A program made the position numbers and the translations under genes. The notes below the pieces were generated by a model. That model was not told the DNA's origin. It saw only the letters and a program-made list of their open reading frames with translations, and searched no databases. Positions 10,204-19,778 of a stretch of DNA of 45,821 nt are shown here, piece by piece. Within the stretch, counting starts at the first letter, position 1. Every line of letters starts with the position of its first letter. Source of the stretch: Zeimonas sp. (GTDB lineage Bacteria; Pseudomonadota; Gammaproteobacteria; Burkholderiales; Burkholderiaceae_E); assembly GCA_035303885.1 (NCBI GenBank), contig DATGRE010000191.1:1-45821 (forward strand). The letters run 5' to 3'.

Positions 10204-10710
10204 ATGTCGCAAGCGGCCGCGCAGGCAACGAAGAAGAACGCTGGCAAGAAGTGGACGCTGATCATCGGAGCCGTCGTCGTTCTCATGGGCGCCGCCGGCG
10301 CGGCAACGCAGTTCCTGGTGCGACCGGCCGCGGCCGACGACCCCACAGCCGAGATGCAGGCTCGCAAGCGCACGCGCGTCTACGTTCCGCTCGAGCAGTT
10401 CACCGTCAACCTGGCCGACGAAGGCGGCGAGCGCTTCGCGCAGGTGGGCATCACGCTCGAGGTCCTGGACGAGCGCACCGACAAGGCGATCAAGGCACAC
10501 ATGCCCGCGATCCGCAACTCGGTGCTGCTGCTGCTGTCGTCCAAGCAGACCGGCGAGCTGCTCACGCTCGAGGGCAAGAAGCAGCTCGCCGAGCAGATCG
10601 CACGGAAGGCGGGCGGCGAGCTGGGATGGACCGAGCCGCCCGAGGGTGCCGCCGCGCAGCGCGCGAATCCGGTCGCCGCGGTGCATTTCTCCCATTTCAT
10701 CGTGCAGTGA
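10204..10710 (+). CDS. fliL: Flagellar basal body-associated protein FliL
   Basis: N-terminal TM, FTVNLAD, MPAIRN, VHFSHFIVQ; AGGAG RBS. Confidence 0.95.
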   Translation: MSQAAAQATKKNAGKKWTLIIGAVVVLMGAAGAATQFLVRPAAADDPTAEMQARKRTRVYVPLEQFTVNLADEGGERFAQVGITLEVLDERTDKAIKAHMPAIRNSVLLLLSSKQTGELLTLEGKKQLAEQIARKAGGELGWTEPPEGAAAQRANPVAAVHFSHFIVQ

Positions 10711-10741
10711 GCCACGAGCGGCGACGAACGGGGATGCGACG

Positions 10742-11746
10742 ATGAGGGCCGGTCAGTTCCTGTCGCAGGACGAAGTCGACGCCCTGCTCGAGGGCGTGAG
10801 CGACGGACCCGACGCGGACACCGAGCCGTCTTCGGGGGCGGTCCGCCCCTACGATCTCGCGACGCAGGAGCGCATCGTGCGCGGGCGCATGCCCACGCTC
10901 GAGCTCGTGCACGAGCGCTTCGCGCGCAACCTGCGCGTCGGGCTGTTCAACTTCATGCGCCGCAACCCCGACATCTCGGTCGGCCCGGTGAAGGTGCAGA
11001 AGTACTCGGCGTTCCTTCGCGACGTGGTCGTCCCGACCAACATCAACATCATGCACGTGCGCCCGCTGCGCGGCAGCGGACTGCTGATCTGCGAGCCGCA
11101 GCTCGTGTTCGCGATCGTCGATTCGCTGTTCGGCGGCGACGGGCGCATGCAGACACGCATCGAAGGCCGCGACTTCTCGGCCACCGAGCAGCGAATCATC
11201 GAGCGCATGATCGAGGTGGTCTGCGCCGAGTACCGCAAGGCGTGGTCGGGCGTCTACCCGATCGAGCTCGAGTACGCACGCTCGGAAATGCAGCCGCAGT
11301 TCGCCAACATCGCGACGCCGTCGGAGATCGCCGTCACGGCGAAATTCGACATCGAGATCGGCAACGTCGGCGGTGCGATGCATCTGTGCATCCCGTATTC
11401 CACGCTCGAGCCGATCCGGGAGACGCTGTACTCGACGCTGCAGGGCGACTCGCACGTGAGCGACCGGCGCTGGGTGGTCAAGCTCTCGCGCCAGATCCAA
11501 TCGGCCGAGGTCGAGCTGGTCGCCGAGCTGGGCCACGCGCATGCCAGCGTGGCCGATCTGCTCCGCCTGAAGGCGGGCGACTTCATCGAGCTGGACCTGC
11601 GCGAGACGTTGACCGCGAAGGTCGACGGCGTGCCGGTGATCGAATGCCGCTACGGCGTCTCGAACGGACGCTACGCGATCAAGGTCCAGTCCTTCCTCAC
11701 CGGCAATCCCAACGAGCCCTCCGGAGCGACGCATGACGACCGATGA
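10742..11746 (+). CDS. fliM: Flagellar motor switch protein FliM
   Basis: CheY-binding LSQDEVDALL, QERIVRGRMPTLE, LFGGDGR. Confidence 0.97.
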   Translation: MRAGQFLSQDEVDALLEGVSDGPDADTEPSSGAVRPYDLATQERIVRGRMPTLELVHERFARNLRVGLFNFMRRNPDISVGPVKVQKYSAFLRDVVVPTNINIMHVRPLRGSGLLICEPQLVFAIVDSLFGGDGRMQTRIEGRDFSATEQRIIERMIEVVCAEYRKAWSGVYPIELEYARSEMQPQFANIATPSEIAVTAKFDIEIGNVGGAMHLCIPYSTLEPIRETLYSTLQGDSHVSDRRWVVKLSRQIQSAEVELVAELGHAHASVADLLRLKAGDFIELDLRETLTAKVDGVPVIECRYGVSNGRYAIKVQSFLTGNPNEPSGATHDDR

Positions 11747-12242
11747 CTCCACCGCCTCGAGCCCCATCGACGACGAATGGGCCGCGGCGCTGGCCGAGCA
11801 GGAAGCGGCCGGCGCGGCGGGTGCGGACGGGAAGGCGGTTGCATCCGGCACGGCGAATACGGACGCTTCGTCCGCCGCACCGCGCAGTGCCGGCACGGCG
11901 CAGGCCACGACGGTGGAGAGCGCGGGCGACGCCTCGCAGCTCTTTCCGCGGCTGTCGGGCGCCGCACCGGACGCGCGCAACGACATCGACCTGATCCTCG
12001 ACATCCCGGTGCAGCTCACCGTGGAGCTCGGCCGCACGCGCATCCCGATCAAGCACATCCTGCAGCTCGCGCAGGGCTCGGTGATCGAGCTGGACGCGCT
12101 CGCCGGAGAGCCGATGGACGTGCTGGTCAACGGCTGCCTGATCGCGCAGGGCGAGGTCGTCGTCGTCAACGACAAGTTCGGCATCCGGCTCACCGACATC
12201 GTCACGCCGAACGAGCGCGTGCGCCGGCTGAACCGCGGCTGA
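11733..12242 (+). CDS. fliN: Flagellar motor switch protein FliN
   Basis: DIPVQLTVELGRT, GEVVVVNDKFGIRLTDI. Confidence 0.97.
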   Translation: MTTDDSTASSPIDDEWAAALAEQEAAGAAGADGKAVASGTANTDASSAAPRSAGTAQATTVESAGDASQLFPRLSGAAPDARNDIDLILDIPVQLTVELGRTRIPIKHILQLAQGSVIELDALAGEPMDVLVNGCLIAQGEVVVVNDKFGIRLTDIVTPNERVRRLNRG

Positions 12243-12252
12243 GAGCGTTGCG

Positions 12253-12591
12253 ATGAGCTCGACCTGGCCCTCGCTCGTCGCCCTCGCGCTGATCCTCGTC
12301 GGACTGCCGCTCGCCGCCTGGCTGCTGCGCCGGGGCCCGGGCGTGCTGGCCGGCCGCGGCTCGGCGCTCGCCATCGTCGCCGCGGTGCCGGTCGGCGCCC
12401 GCGAACGCATCGCGATCGTGCGCGCCGATCGCACCTGGCTCGTCGTCGGCATCACGGGCCAGTCGATCACCACGCTCGCGCAGCTCGACGGCGCTCCGGC
12501 CGGCATCGATGCCGACGCGACGGGCGCCATGCCGGGCGGCTTCGGCGACGTGCTGCGCTCGCTCTCGCACCATGCGTCGCGCAGGCGCTGA
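12253..12591 (+). CDS. fliO: Flagellar biosynthesis protein FliO
   Basis: TM followed by VGARERIAIV...LVVGITGQSITTL; between fliN and fliP. Confidence 0.9.
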   Translation: MSSTWPSLVALALILVGLPLAAWLLRRGPGVLAGRGSALAIVAAVPVGARERIAIVRADRTWLVVGITGQSITTLAQLDGAPAGIDADATGAMPGGFGDVLRSLSHHASRRR

Positions 12592-13390
12592 AGCCCGCGG
12601 CTCTCGCGGCCCCGGCATCGCGCCGACCCGGTCGGGACGCGCCGGCGCGTGGCGCCTGCGTTCCGCGCGAGCCGCGCTCTGCGCCGTCGTGCTCGCGCTC
12701 GCCGGCCCCGCGCACGCGCAGGGACTGCTGACGCTGAACAGCACGAGCGGTCCGGCCGGAACGACCTACTCGGTGCCGGTCGAGACGCTGCTGGTCTTCT
12801 CGGCGCTGTCGTTCCTGCCGGCGATGCTGTTGCTGATGACGAGCTTCACGCGCATCGTCATCGTGCTGTCGCTGGTGCGCCAGGCGCTCGGCCTGCAGTC
12901 GAGCCCGCCGAACCAGGTGCTCGTCGGGATCGCGCTGTTCCTCACCTTCTTCGTGATGAGCCCGACCTTCGACCGGCTCTACGTAGAGGCATATCGGCCG
13001 TACGCCGAGCAGCAGGCCACGCTCGAGCAGGCGGTGGCGCGCGGCAGCGCGCCGCTGCGCGAATTCATGCTGCGGCAGACGCGCGAGAGCGACGTCGCGC
13101 TGTTCGCGGGGATCGCGCGTCACGAACCCGCTTCCGAGGACGAGGCGGTGCCGATGCGCATCCTGATCCCGGCGTTCGTCATCAGCGAGCTGAAGACCGC
13201 GTTCCAGATCGGCTTCATGGTCTTCGTGCCGTTCCTGCTGATCGACCTGATCGTCGCCAGCGTGCTGATGTCGATGGGGATGATGATGCTCTCTCCGGTG
13301 CTGGTGGCCCTGCCCTTCAAGTTGATCCTGTTCGTGCTCGCCGACGGCTGGAACCTGCTGATCGGCTCGCTCGTGCAGAGCTTCGGATGA
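12572..13390 (+). CDS. fliP: Flagellar export gate protein FliP
   Basis: MTSFTRIVIVLS, PPNQVL, SELKTAFQIGF, LPFKLILFVLADGW; signal peptide ending AHA. Start uncertain. Confidence 0.96.
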   Translation: MRRAGAEARGSRGPGIAPTRSGRAGAWRLRSARAALCAVVLALAGPAHAQGLLTLNSTSGPAGTTYSVPVETLLVFSALSFLPAMLLLMTSFTRIVIVLSLVRQALGLQSSPPNQVLVGIALFLTFFVMSPTFDRLYVEAYRPYAEQQATLEQAVARGSAPLREFMLRQTRESDVALFAGIARHEPASEDEAVPMRILIPAFVISELKTAFQIGFMVFVPFLLIDLIVASVLMSMGMMMLSPVLVALPFKLILFVLADGWNLLIGSLVQSFG

Positions 13391-13397
13391 GGCGCGC

Positions 13398-13682
13398 ATG
13401 ACGCCCGAGTCGGTGCTCGGCTTCGGCCGCCAGGGCCTGGAGGTGCTCCTCGCCGCCGGAGCGCCCGTGCTGCTCGCCGCGCTGCTCGTCGGCCTGGTCG
13501 TGAGCATCCTGCAGGCGCTCACCCAGATCAACGAGGCGACGCTGTCGTTCCTGCCCAAGCTGGTGGCGATCGCCGTAACGCTGATGATCGCGGGTCCGTG
13601 GATGCTCGGGCTGCTCGTCGACTACCTGCAGCGCGTGCTCGTCGGGATCCCGTCGGCGATCCTCGGTTCGCCGCTGCCGTGA
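13398..13682 (+). CDS. fliQ: Flagellar export protein FliQ
   Basis: QALTQINEATLSFLPK, GPWM. Confidence 0.97.
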   Translation: MTPESVLGFGRQGLEVLLAAGAPVLLAALLVGLVVSILQALTQINEATLSFLPKLVAIAVTLMIAGPWMLGLLVDYLQRVLVGIPSAILGSPLP

Positions 13683-14440
13683 TCGAGGTCGGCGAAGCGC
13701 AACTGCTCGGCTGGCTCGGCGCGCTGCTGCTGCCGTTCTTCCGCGTGCTCGGACTGTTCACCAGCGCGCCGATCCTCTCGCAGCGATCGGTGCCGGTGCG
13801 CCTGCGCGTCGCGGTCTCGCTGGCGGTCGCCGCGCTCGTCGCACCGCTGATTCCGGCCGCGCCCGCACTGCAGATCGCCGCACCGTCGGGATGGCTCGCC
13901 GTCGCCAGCGAAGCGCTCGTCGGCTTCGCGATCGGCTTCGTCGCGCGCGTCGTGCTCGCCGCGGTCGAGCTCGCCGGCGAGACGATCGGACTGCAGATGG
14001 GACTGTCCTTCGCCGGCTTCTTCGATGCGTACAGCGGACAGGTCAACAACGTGAGCCGGCTGATGAACACGCTGTCGCTGTGGGCCTTCGTCGCCGTGAA
14101 CGGACCGGTGCTGCTGATCGCGGCGGTGGTGCAGAGCTTCGAGGTGATCCCGCCCGCCACCGCCTTCGGCGACTGGATCGGACGCGTGCAGCCGGCGACC
14201 CTGGGCGCCGGCGTCTTCGAGCTCGGCGTGATGATCGCGCTGCCGTTCATGGCGCTGCTGCTGTTCGTGAACCTCGCGCTCGGCGTCGTCTCGCGCATCG
14301 CGCCGCAGCTGAACATCTTCGCAATCGGCTTCCCGGTGACGATCGGCACCGGGCTGCTGCTGCTCGCGCTGACCATGCCGCTGCTGCAGCAGCCGTTCCA
14401 GATCCTGTTCGAGCGCGTGCTCACCGCATGGGCGAGCTGA
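13679..14440 (+). CDS. fliR: Flagellar export protein FliR
   Basis: AGETIGLQMGLSFA, RIAPQLNIFAIGFP; GTG start overlaps the fliQ stop. Confidence 0.96.
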   Translation: MIEVGEAQLLGWLGALLLPFFRVLGLFTSAPILSQRSVPVRLRVAVSLAVAALVAPLIPAAPALQIAAPSGWLAVASEALVGFAIGFVARVVLAAVELAGETIGLQMGLSFAGFFDAYSGQVNNVSRLMNTLSLWAFVAVNGPVLLIAAVVQSFEVIPPATAFGDWIGRVQPATLGAGVFELGVMIALPFMALLLFVNLALGVVSRIAPQLNIFAIGFPVTIGTGLLLLALTMPLLQQPFQILFERVLTAWAS

Positions 14441-14495
14441 GCGTGCTGCGCCGGCGCTTGCCGCTACGGGCGGCGCCCCGGTCGCCGAGGCGCGG

Positions 14496-15794
14496 TCAGC
14501 CCGCCGCGAACTTCCGATACGTCTGCTCGCCCATCAGCAGCGCCGGCAGGTGCTTGAAGCCCCACTTCGCGTTCGATTCGCGCGCGACGATCCGGTCGCC
14601 GGCGGCGGGCGACGACAGGTCGATGCGCTCGACGCGCACCGGCACCGACTTGCGGGTCGACCAGAACACCTTCACCCACGGGTGCGCCGGCTGGTCGCGG
14701 TTCTGGTCGACGACCAGCGCGAGCCGTCCGGACTGCATGCGCACGAGCGAACCGACCGGGTAGATGCCGACGGTATTGGCGAAGGCGCGGAACACCGCCG
14801 CATCGAACTGCCCGGCCTTCGCCCACGCGGCCATCCGCGCGAGCGACTCGGCCGGATCCCAGGGCTCCTTGTACGCGCGCAGCGACGTGATCGCGTCGTA
14901 GACGTCGCACACCGCACCCATCCGCGCCTGGAGCGGGATCGCTTCGCCCGACAGTCCTTGCGGATAGCCGCGGCCGTCCCAGCGCTCGTGATGGTGCAGG
15001 CACACGTCGAGCACGACGTCGCTGTCGACCCGGTTCGCGCGCAGCATCTCGTGCCCGAGCACCGGATGCCTGCGGATCGCCGCGAACTCCTCGTCGGTCA
15101 GGCGCCCCGGCTTGTCGAGGATCTCGCGGGCGATGCCGGCCTTGCCGATGTCGTGCAGCAGGCCCGCGAGCGCCGCTTCCTGCGTGCGCGCCTCGTCCAG
15201 GCCGAGCTGGCGGGCGAGCGAGGTCATCAGCGCGCACACAGCCACCGAGTGCATGAACGTGTAGCTGTGGTGCGTGCGCACGCGAGCGAGCGATACGAGC
15301 GCCGCCGGGTTGCGCGTCGCAGACGCCGAGATCTGCTCGGCGACCGCCGCGCAGCGGTCGAGCTCGAGCGCACGCCCGAGACGCGCCTCGCGAAAGAGCG
15401 ACTGCGTGACGCGTGCCGCCTGCGCGCAGACCACCGCCGCCTGCTCGAGCTCCTCCTCGTAGCTCGCCGACGGCGACGCATCGGCGCGCTGCGCTTCCTC
15501 GGCCGGGGTCCGTTCCGGCTGCGGCTCGTCCGGGACAGGCGCGAACGAAGTCGCAGCCTCCGGCTCTACCGTCGCCGCGCCGATCGGAACTTCCGTCCCG
15601 CCTTCCGGCGGCGGCACGCTCTTCGACCGGTCGATCCAGCATTCGACGATGCCGCTCTCGCGCAAGGCGACGAGGTCTCGCTCGCTGCGCACGAGGAAGC
15701 GCGTGCGCCAGAACGGATGCTCGAGCCACTTTCCGCACAGCGACTCGACATACATCCCGACCTCGAGTCGATCGACGCGGATCCTCTCGCGCAT
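14496..15794 (-). CDS. HD-GYP c-di-GMP phosphodiesterase with DUF3391-like N-terminus
   Basis: LLHDIGK, HHERWDGRGYP, DVYDAITS.RAYK; N-terminal LEVGMYV...WLEHPFW. Confidence 0.92.
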   Translation of the reverse strand: MRERIRVDRLEVGMYVESLCGKWLEHPFWRTRFLVRSERDLVALRESGIVECWIDRSKSVPPPEGGTEVPIGAATVEPEAATSFAPVPDEPQPERTPAEEAQRADASPSASYEEELEQAAVVCAQAARVTQSLFREARLGRALELDRCAAVAEQISASATRNPAALVSLARVRTHHSYTFMHSVAVCALMTSLARQLGLDEARTQEAALAGLLHDIGKAGIAREILDKPGRLTDEEFAAIRRHPVLGHEMLRANRVDSDVVLDVCLHHHERWDGRGYPQGLSGEAIPLQARMGAVCDVYDAITSLRAYKEPWDPAESLARMAAWAKAGQFDAAVFRAFANTVGIYPVGSLVRMQSGRLALVVDQNRDQPAHPWVKVFWSTRKSVPVRVERIDLSSPAAGDRIVARESNAKWGFKHLPALLMGEQTYRKFAAG

Positions 15795-15829
15795 CGTGGC
15801 GATCTCTCGGCCCGCGGGCGCTCGGCGCT

Positions 15830-16498
15830 TCAGAACCCGAGGTTCGCCAGCAGGTCGTCGACCTCGTTCTGGCTCGACACCACGTCGGCGGCACGCTTCG
15901 GATCGACGACCGGACCGGACAGGGGCTCGGAGGCAGCCTGCCCCGGCGCCTGCGCGCCGGAGGTCCCCGGCGGCGTCACCTGGACAAGCAGCCGCACCAG
16001 GCTCTCCTCCAGCTCGGTGGCCAGCGAGACGACCTTCGAGACGACCTGTCCGGTGAGGTCGTGGAAATCCTGCGCGATCATGATCTCGGTGAGATGCCGA
16101 TCGACCCGCGCGCTGGCTTCCTGCACCTCGTTGGCGAATCCGAGCACGGCGCCGCTGGCGACCGCGCGCACCGGATCGGCGAGGATGGCCTTGGAAAGCT
16201 CGCGTGCCGACCCGGCGAGGCGCTCGTGCTCGAGCTTCGCCCGGTCGACGCAGTTGAGCACCTTGTCGGCGGCCTCGCCGGTCTTGCGGGAGATGTAGTC
16301 GAGACGGCTGCGCGCGTCCGGCAGCCCGTTGGCCGCCTGCTGCAGCCGGGAGATCAGGCCGAGCTCGCCCAGCGCGTCGTGCAGCTCGCGCGTGAGCCGG
16401 CCGAGCTGGTCGAACACGTGCGAGGTGATCTCGGCGACGATCCGCGGCTCCACCTGCGCGCCCTCGCCCTCGAGGCGCTCCATCGATCGCGTCCCCAT
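15830..16498 (-). CDS. cheZ: Chemotaxis phosphatase CheZ
   Basis: LPDARSRLDYI, IMIAQDFHDLTGQVV, C-terminal SQNEVDDLLANLGF. Confidence 0.95.
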   Translation of the reverse strand: MGTRSMERLEGEGAQVEPRIVAEITSHVFDQLGRLTRELHDALGELGLISRLQQAANGLPDARSRLDYISRKTGEAADKVLNCVDRAKLEHERLAGSARELSKAILADPVRAVASGAVLGFANEVQEASARVDRHLTEIMIAQDFHDLTGQVVSKVVSLATELEESLVRLLVQVTPPGTSGAQAPGQAASEPLSGPVVDPKRAADVVSSQNEVDDLLANLGF

Positions 16499-16503
16499 CC
16501 GGT

Positions 16504-16896
16504 TCACGCGCCCGCGCGCCGCTGCATGATCTTGTCGACCTTCTCTTCCAGAGTCGCCTTGGTGAAGGGCTTGACGATGTAGCCGGCCGCGCCGTTCTGC
16601 GCCGCCTGCACGATGTCCTCCTTGCGGGCCTCCGCCGTCACCATCAGCACCGGCAGGTGCTTGAGCTCGTCGTCGGCCTTGATCGCCTTCAGCAGCTCGA
16701 AGCCGTTCATGTTCGGCATGTTGATGTCGGAGACGACGAAATCGAAGGGCTGCGTGCGAAGCTTGACGATCGCGGCCGCGCCGTCCTCGGCCTCGTCGGC
16801 ATTCGTGTAGCCCATCTCCTTCAGCAGGCTGCGCACGATCCGGCGCATCGTGGAGAAGTCGTCGACGATCAGGAATCTCAGATCGGTTCTGGACAT
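16504..16896 (-). CDS. cheY: Chemotaxis response regulator CheY (enterobacterial-type, paired with cheZ)
   Basis: [37 protein letters not shown]. Confidence 0.97.
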   Translation of the reverse strand: MSRTDLRFLIVDDFSTMRRIVRSLLKEMGYTNADEAEDGAAAIVKLRTQPFDFVVSDINMPNMNGFELLKAIKADDELKHLPVLMVTAEARKEDIVQAAQNGAAGYIVKPFTKATLEEKVDKIMQRRAGA

Positions 16897-16908
16897 CGCC
16901 TTCCTCGC

Positions 16909-19080
16909 TCAGGCACTGAGCGCGTGAGGCGGCTCCTCGCTCGCCGCCGCCTTCTCGCGCTGCACGCTCTCGGCCGATTCGCCGGCACGTCTCGGGATCC
17001 GGGTGACGTTGGTCGCGCGGTTCGGACCGCGCCGCTCGACGCCGATCGCCAGCGGGTCGGGCTGCTCGGCGGACGGGGCGGTCCACGCCGCTTCGGATCC
17101 GTCGTGCGCGCGCGTCTCGCCGCCCAGCCGGAACGCGGCCACCGCCTGCACCAGCTCCCGGGCCTGCGTCTCGAGGCTGGCCGCCGCGGCGGCACTCTCC
17201 TCCACGAGCGCCGCGTTGTGCTGGGTCGCCTGGTCCATCTGCGAGACGGCCTCGCCGACCTGGGCGACACCGGCGCTCTGCTCGGCGCTGGCGCTGCTGA
17301 TCTCCCCCATCAGGTCGGTGACGCGACGGATCGACGCGACGACGTCCTGCATCGTCGCCCCGGCGCGGTCGACCAGCTTCGTGCCCCGCTCGACCCGCTC
17401 GACACTGGCGCCGATCAGCGCCTTGATCTCGCGTGCCGCCTCGGCCGAGCGTTGCGCGAGACTGCGCACCTCGCCGGCGACGACCGCGAAGCCGCGGCCC
17501 TGCTCCCCGGCGCGGGCCGCTTCGACCGCGGCGTTCAACGCGAGGATGTTCGTCTGGAACGCGATGCCGTCGATCACGTTGATGATGTCGGCGATGCGGC
17601 GCGAGCTCTCGTTGATCTCCTTCATCGTGTCGACAACCTCGCCGACGACCTGTCCGCCCGAGACCGCCACTTCGCTCGCCCCGCGCGCGAGCTCGTCGGC
17701 ACGATGCGCGTTGTCCGCGTTCTGTCGGACGGTGGCGCTCAGCTCCTCCATCGACGCCGCCGTCTCCTCCAGCGTGCTCGCCTGCTCCTCGGTGCGCGAC
17801 GAGAGATCCGAGTTGCCCTGCGCGATCTGCGCGCTCGCCGCGGCCACGCCCTCCGCGTGTCGGCGAACGTCGCCCACGACGTCGGCGATGCGCTCCTTCA
17901 TCTCGACGAGCGCCTGCACCAGCTGTCCGACCTCGTTGCTGCCGCGCGGATGGAGCGTCACGCCGAGGTCGCCGTCGGCGATCGCGCGTGCCATCGACAC
18001 GGCCTCGGCCATTGGCATGGTGAGGCTGCGCACGAAGACGACCATCAGCACGAACGAGATCGCGAAGATCGCCAGCAGCACGCCGACGACGGCGAATGCG
18101 GTCCGCCGCAGCTCGGCGACGCGGGCGTCGAACAGCCCGGAGAGACTGCTCATCGCCGCCTGCGAGAATGCATACATGCTGTCGATCGCCGTGGTCACGC
18201 CGTCGTAGTACTCGTTGCTGGCCAGGTCGAGCTGCTGCGCCGTGATCAGCCTCTGATCGATGACGCCGAGCGTGTCCCCGATCCGCGACTTCATCGCCGC
18301 GACGGCACCGTCGAGCTGCGCCTTCAGTCCGGCGTCGGCCGCATAGGCCGACGCGAGGCTGCGGTCGACTTCGGCCAGCCGCTCGTTCAGCCGGTCCCTC
18401 ATCGTCGTGAGCGCCGCCCGCCCGCCGTACGACAGGTTCTTCTCGACCAGTGCGGCGGTTCCGAACGCGCGCATGCGCCCGAGCAGCTCGGCCGCGCGCG
18501 GCATCTGCAGGAACGAGGCGTCCACCAGCGCGTTGCTGTCGCGCTCCGACGCGAGCGTGAGGCCGAACTCCTCGACCAGCGCCTCGGACAGCGCGAGCAT
18601 CGTGCCGATCCACTCGGTGTGCAGGTCGGTGCTGCGCTCGGCCGATCGCAGCTCGTTGGAGGCAAGCGCCTTGTCCAGCGAAGCCCAGCGCTCGCGCGCC
18701 TGCCGCCATCCCTCGACGAAGGCCATCGATGGCGGCACCTCGGCCAGGCGCGCTTCGAAGGCCTCGATCGCCTGCACCAGCGCGGCGCGCGCCTCGGGCT
18801 GCTGCGCGGAGAGCGTCTCGTTGTCGTCCTGCCATAGGGCCGACAGTGACGATGCCATGCCCAGCGCCGCCGCGACGACGTCGCGATGGTTCTGTGCGCG
18901 CTGGATCACGCCCTGCAGGGCGACCGCCGTGGCCGCACCCTCGACCCGCCGCTCGGCGGTACGCGTCTCCTCGGCGATCCGCATGAGGTACAGCGACGTG
19001 GGCAACGCGACCATCAGCACCGCCAGCACGCCCAGCACGAAGAACTTCTGCGACAGCCGGATTCGATGGAGCCAGGACAT
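16909..19080 (-). CDS. Methyl-accepting chemotaxis protein (2 TM, large periplasmic domain possibly NIT-like, HAMP, signalling domain)
   Basis: IAFQTNILALNAAVEAARAGEQGRGFAVVAGEVRSLAQRS; two TM helices flank about 290 aa of sensor domain. Confidence 0.96.
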   Translation of the reverse strand: MSWLHRIRLSQKFFVLGVLAVLMVALPTSLYLMRIAEETRTAERRVEGAATAVALQGVIQRAQNHRDVVAAALGMASSLSALWQDDNETLSAQQPEARAALVQAIEAFEARLAEVPPSMAFVEGWRQARERWASLDKALASNELRSAERSTDLHTEWIGTMLALSEALVEEFGLTLASERDSNALVDASFLQMPRAAELLGRMRAFGTAALVEKNLSYGGRAALTTMRDRLNERLAEVDRSLASAYAADAGLKAQLDGAVAAMKSRIGDTLGVIDQRLITAQQLDLASNEYYDGVTTAIDSMYAFSQAAMSSLSGLFDARVAELRRTAFAVVGVLLAIFAISFVLMVVFVRSLTMPMAEAVSMARAIADGDLGVTLHPRGSNEVGQLVQALVEMKERIADVVGDVRRHAEGVAAASAQIAQGNSDLSSRTEEQASTLEETAASMEELSATVRQNADNAHRADELARGASEVAVSGGQVVGEVVDTMKEINESSRRIADIINVIDGIAFQTNILALNAAVEAARAGEQGRGFAVVAGEVRSLAQRSAEAAREIKALIGASVERVERGTKLVDRAGATMQDVVASIRRVTDLMGEISSASAEQSAGVAQVGEAVSQMDQATQHNAALVEESAAAAASLETQARELVQAVAAFRLGGETRAHDGSEAAWTAPSAEQPDPLAIGVERRGPNRATNVTRIPRRAGESAESVQREKAAASEEPPHALSA

Positions 19081-19109
19081 GATCTACCCCGTTTCGGAGG
19101 GTGGCGCGC

Positions 19110-19637
19110 CTACTGCGCGGCCGATTCGACGAGCCCCATGTCGGCACTGTTCATCAGCTTCTCGATGTCGAGCAGGATGAGCATGCGGTCGTCGACCGCG
19201 CCGATCGCGAGCAGGTGATCGGCGTCGATGGTGGAGGCGAATTCCGGCACCGGGCGCAACTGCTCGGGGCCGAGCGTGATCACGTCGGAGACCGAGTCGA
19301 CGACCATCCCGACGATGCGCGAGCCGATGTTCAGCACGATGACGACGGTGAAGTGGTCGTAGCGCGCCTCCTCGAGGCGGAACTTCAGCCGCATGTCGAC
19401 GATCGGGACGATCACGCCGCGCAGGTTGACGACGCCCTTGATGAAGTCCGGCACGTTCGCCAGCCGCGTGGGCTCCTCGTACGAGCGGATCTCCTGCACG
19501 CGCAGGATGTCGATGCCGTACTCCTCGTTGCCGAGCTTGAACGCGAGGAACTCGCGTACGCGGCTGGCTTCTCCGGGCGCTACGGCGCCCGGCTGCGGAA
19601 CGTTCGAAACCGCATGGATCGCTGGATTTGCGCTCAT
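19110..19637 (-). CDS. cheW: Chemotaxis coupling protein CheW
   Basis: [37 protein letters not shown]. Confidence 0.97.
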   Translation of the reverse strand: MSANPAIHAVSNVPQPGAVAPGEASRVREFLAFKLGNEEYGIDILRVQEIRSYEEPTRLANVPDFIKGVVNLRGVIVPIVDMRLKFRLEEARYDHFTVVIVLNIGSRIVGMVVDSVSDVITLGPEQLRPVPEFASTIDADHLLAIGAVDDRMLILLDIEKLMNSADMGLVESAAQ

Positions 19638-19778
19638 CTCAGTCTTCCTCGAGTCGATCTGCGAAGGCGGCCACGCGACTCGCGGCCGATGAAGGAACGA
19701 TCTTGGTCCGGGCGAGCCGAGGCCCGTACGCGAAAAGCAGGGCCTGCGCGGCGCTTATCGCAGGCGTCCGTGGTGTGG

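Noticed and set aside
3440-14440. Possible injectisome-type T3SS
   Set aside because: FliG, FliM, FliN, FliL, FliO, FliK and FliD and the gene order are flagellar.
15830-19147. 1105-aa ORF that looks like a giant CheZ fusion
   Set aside because: Only the last 222 aa are CheZ. The rest is an Arg/Gly-rich off-frame read through mcp and cheY, typical of high-GC DNA.
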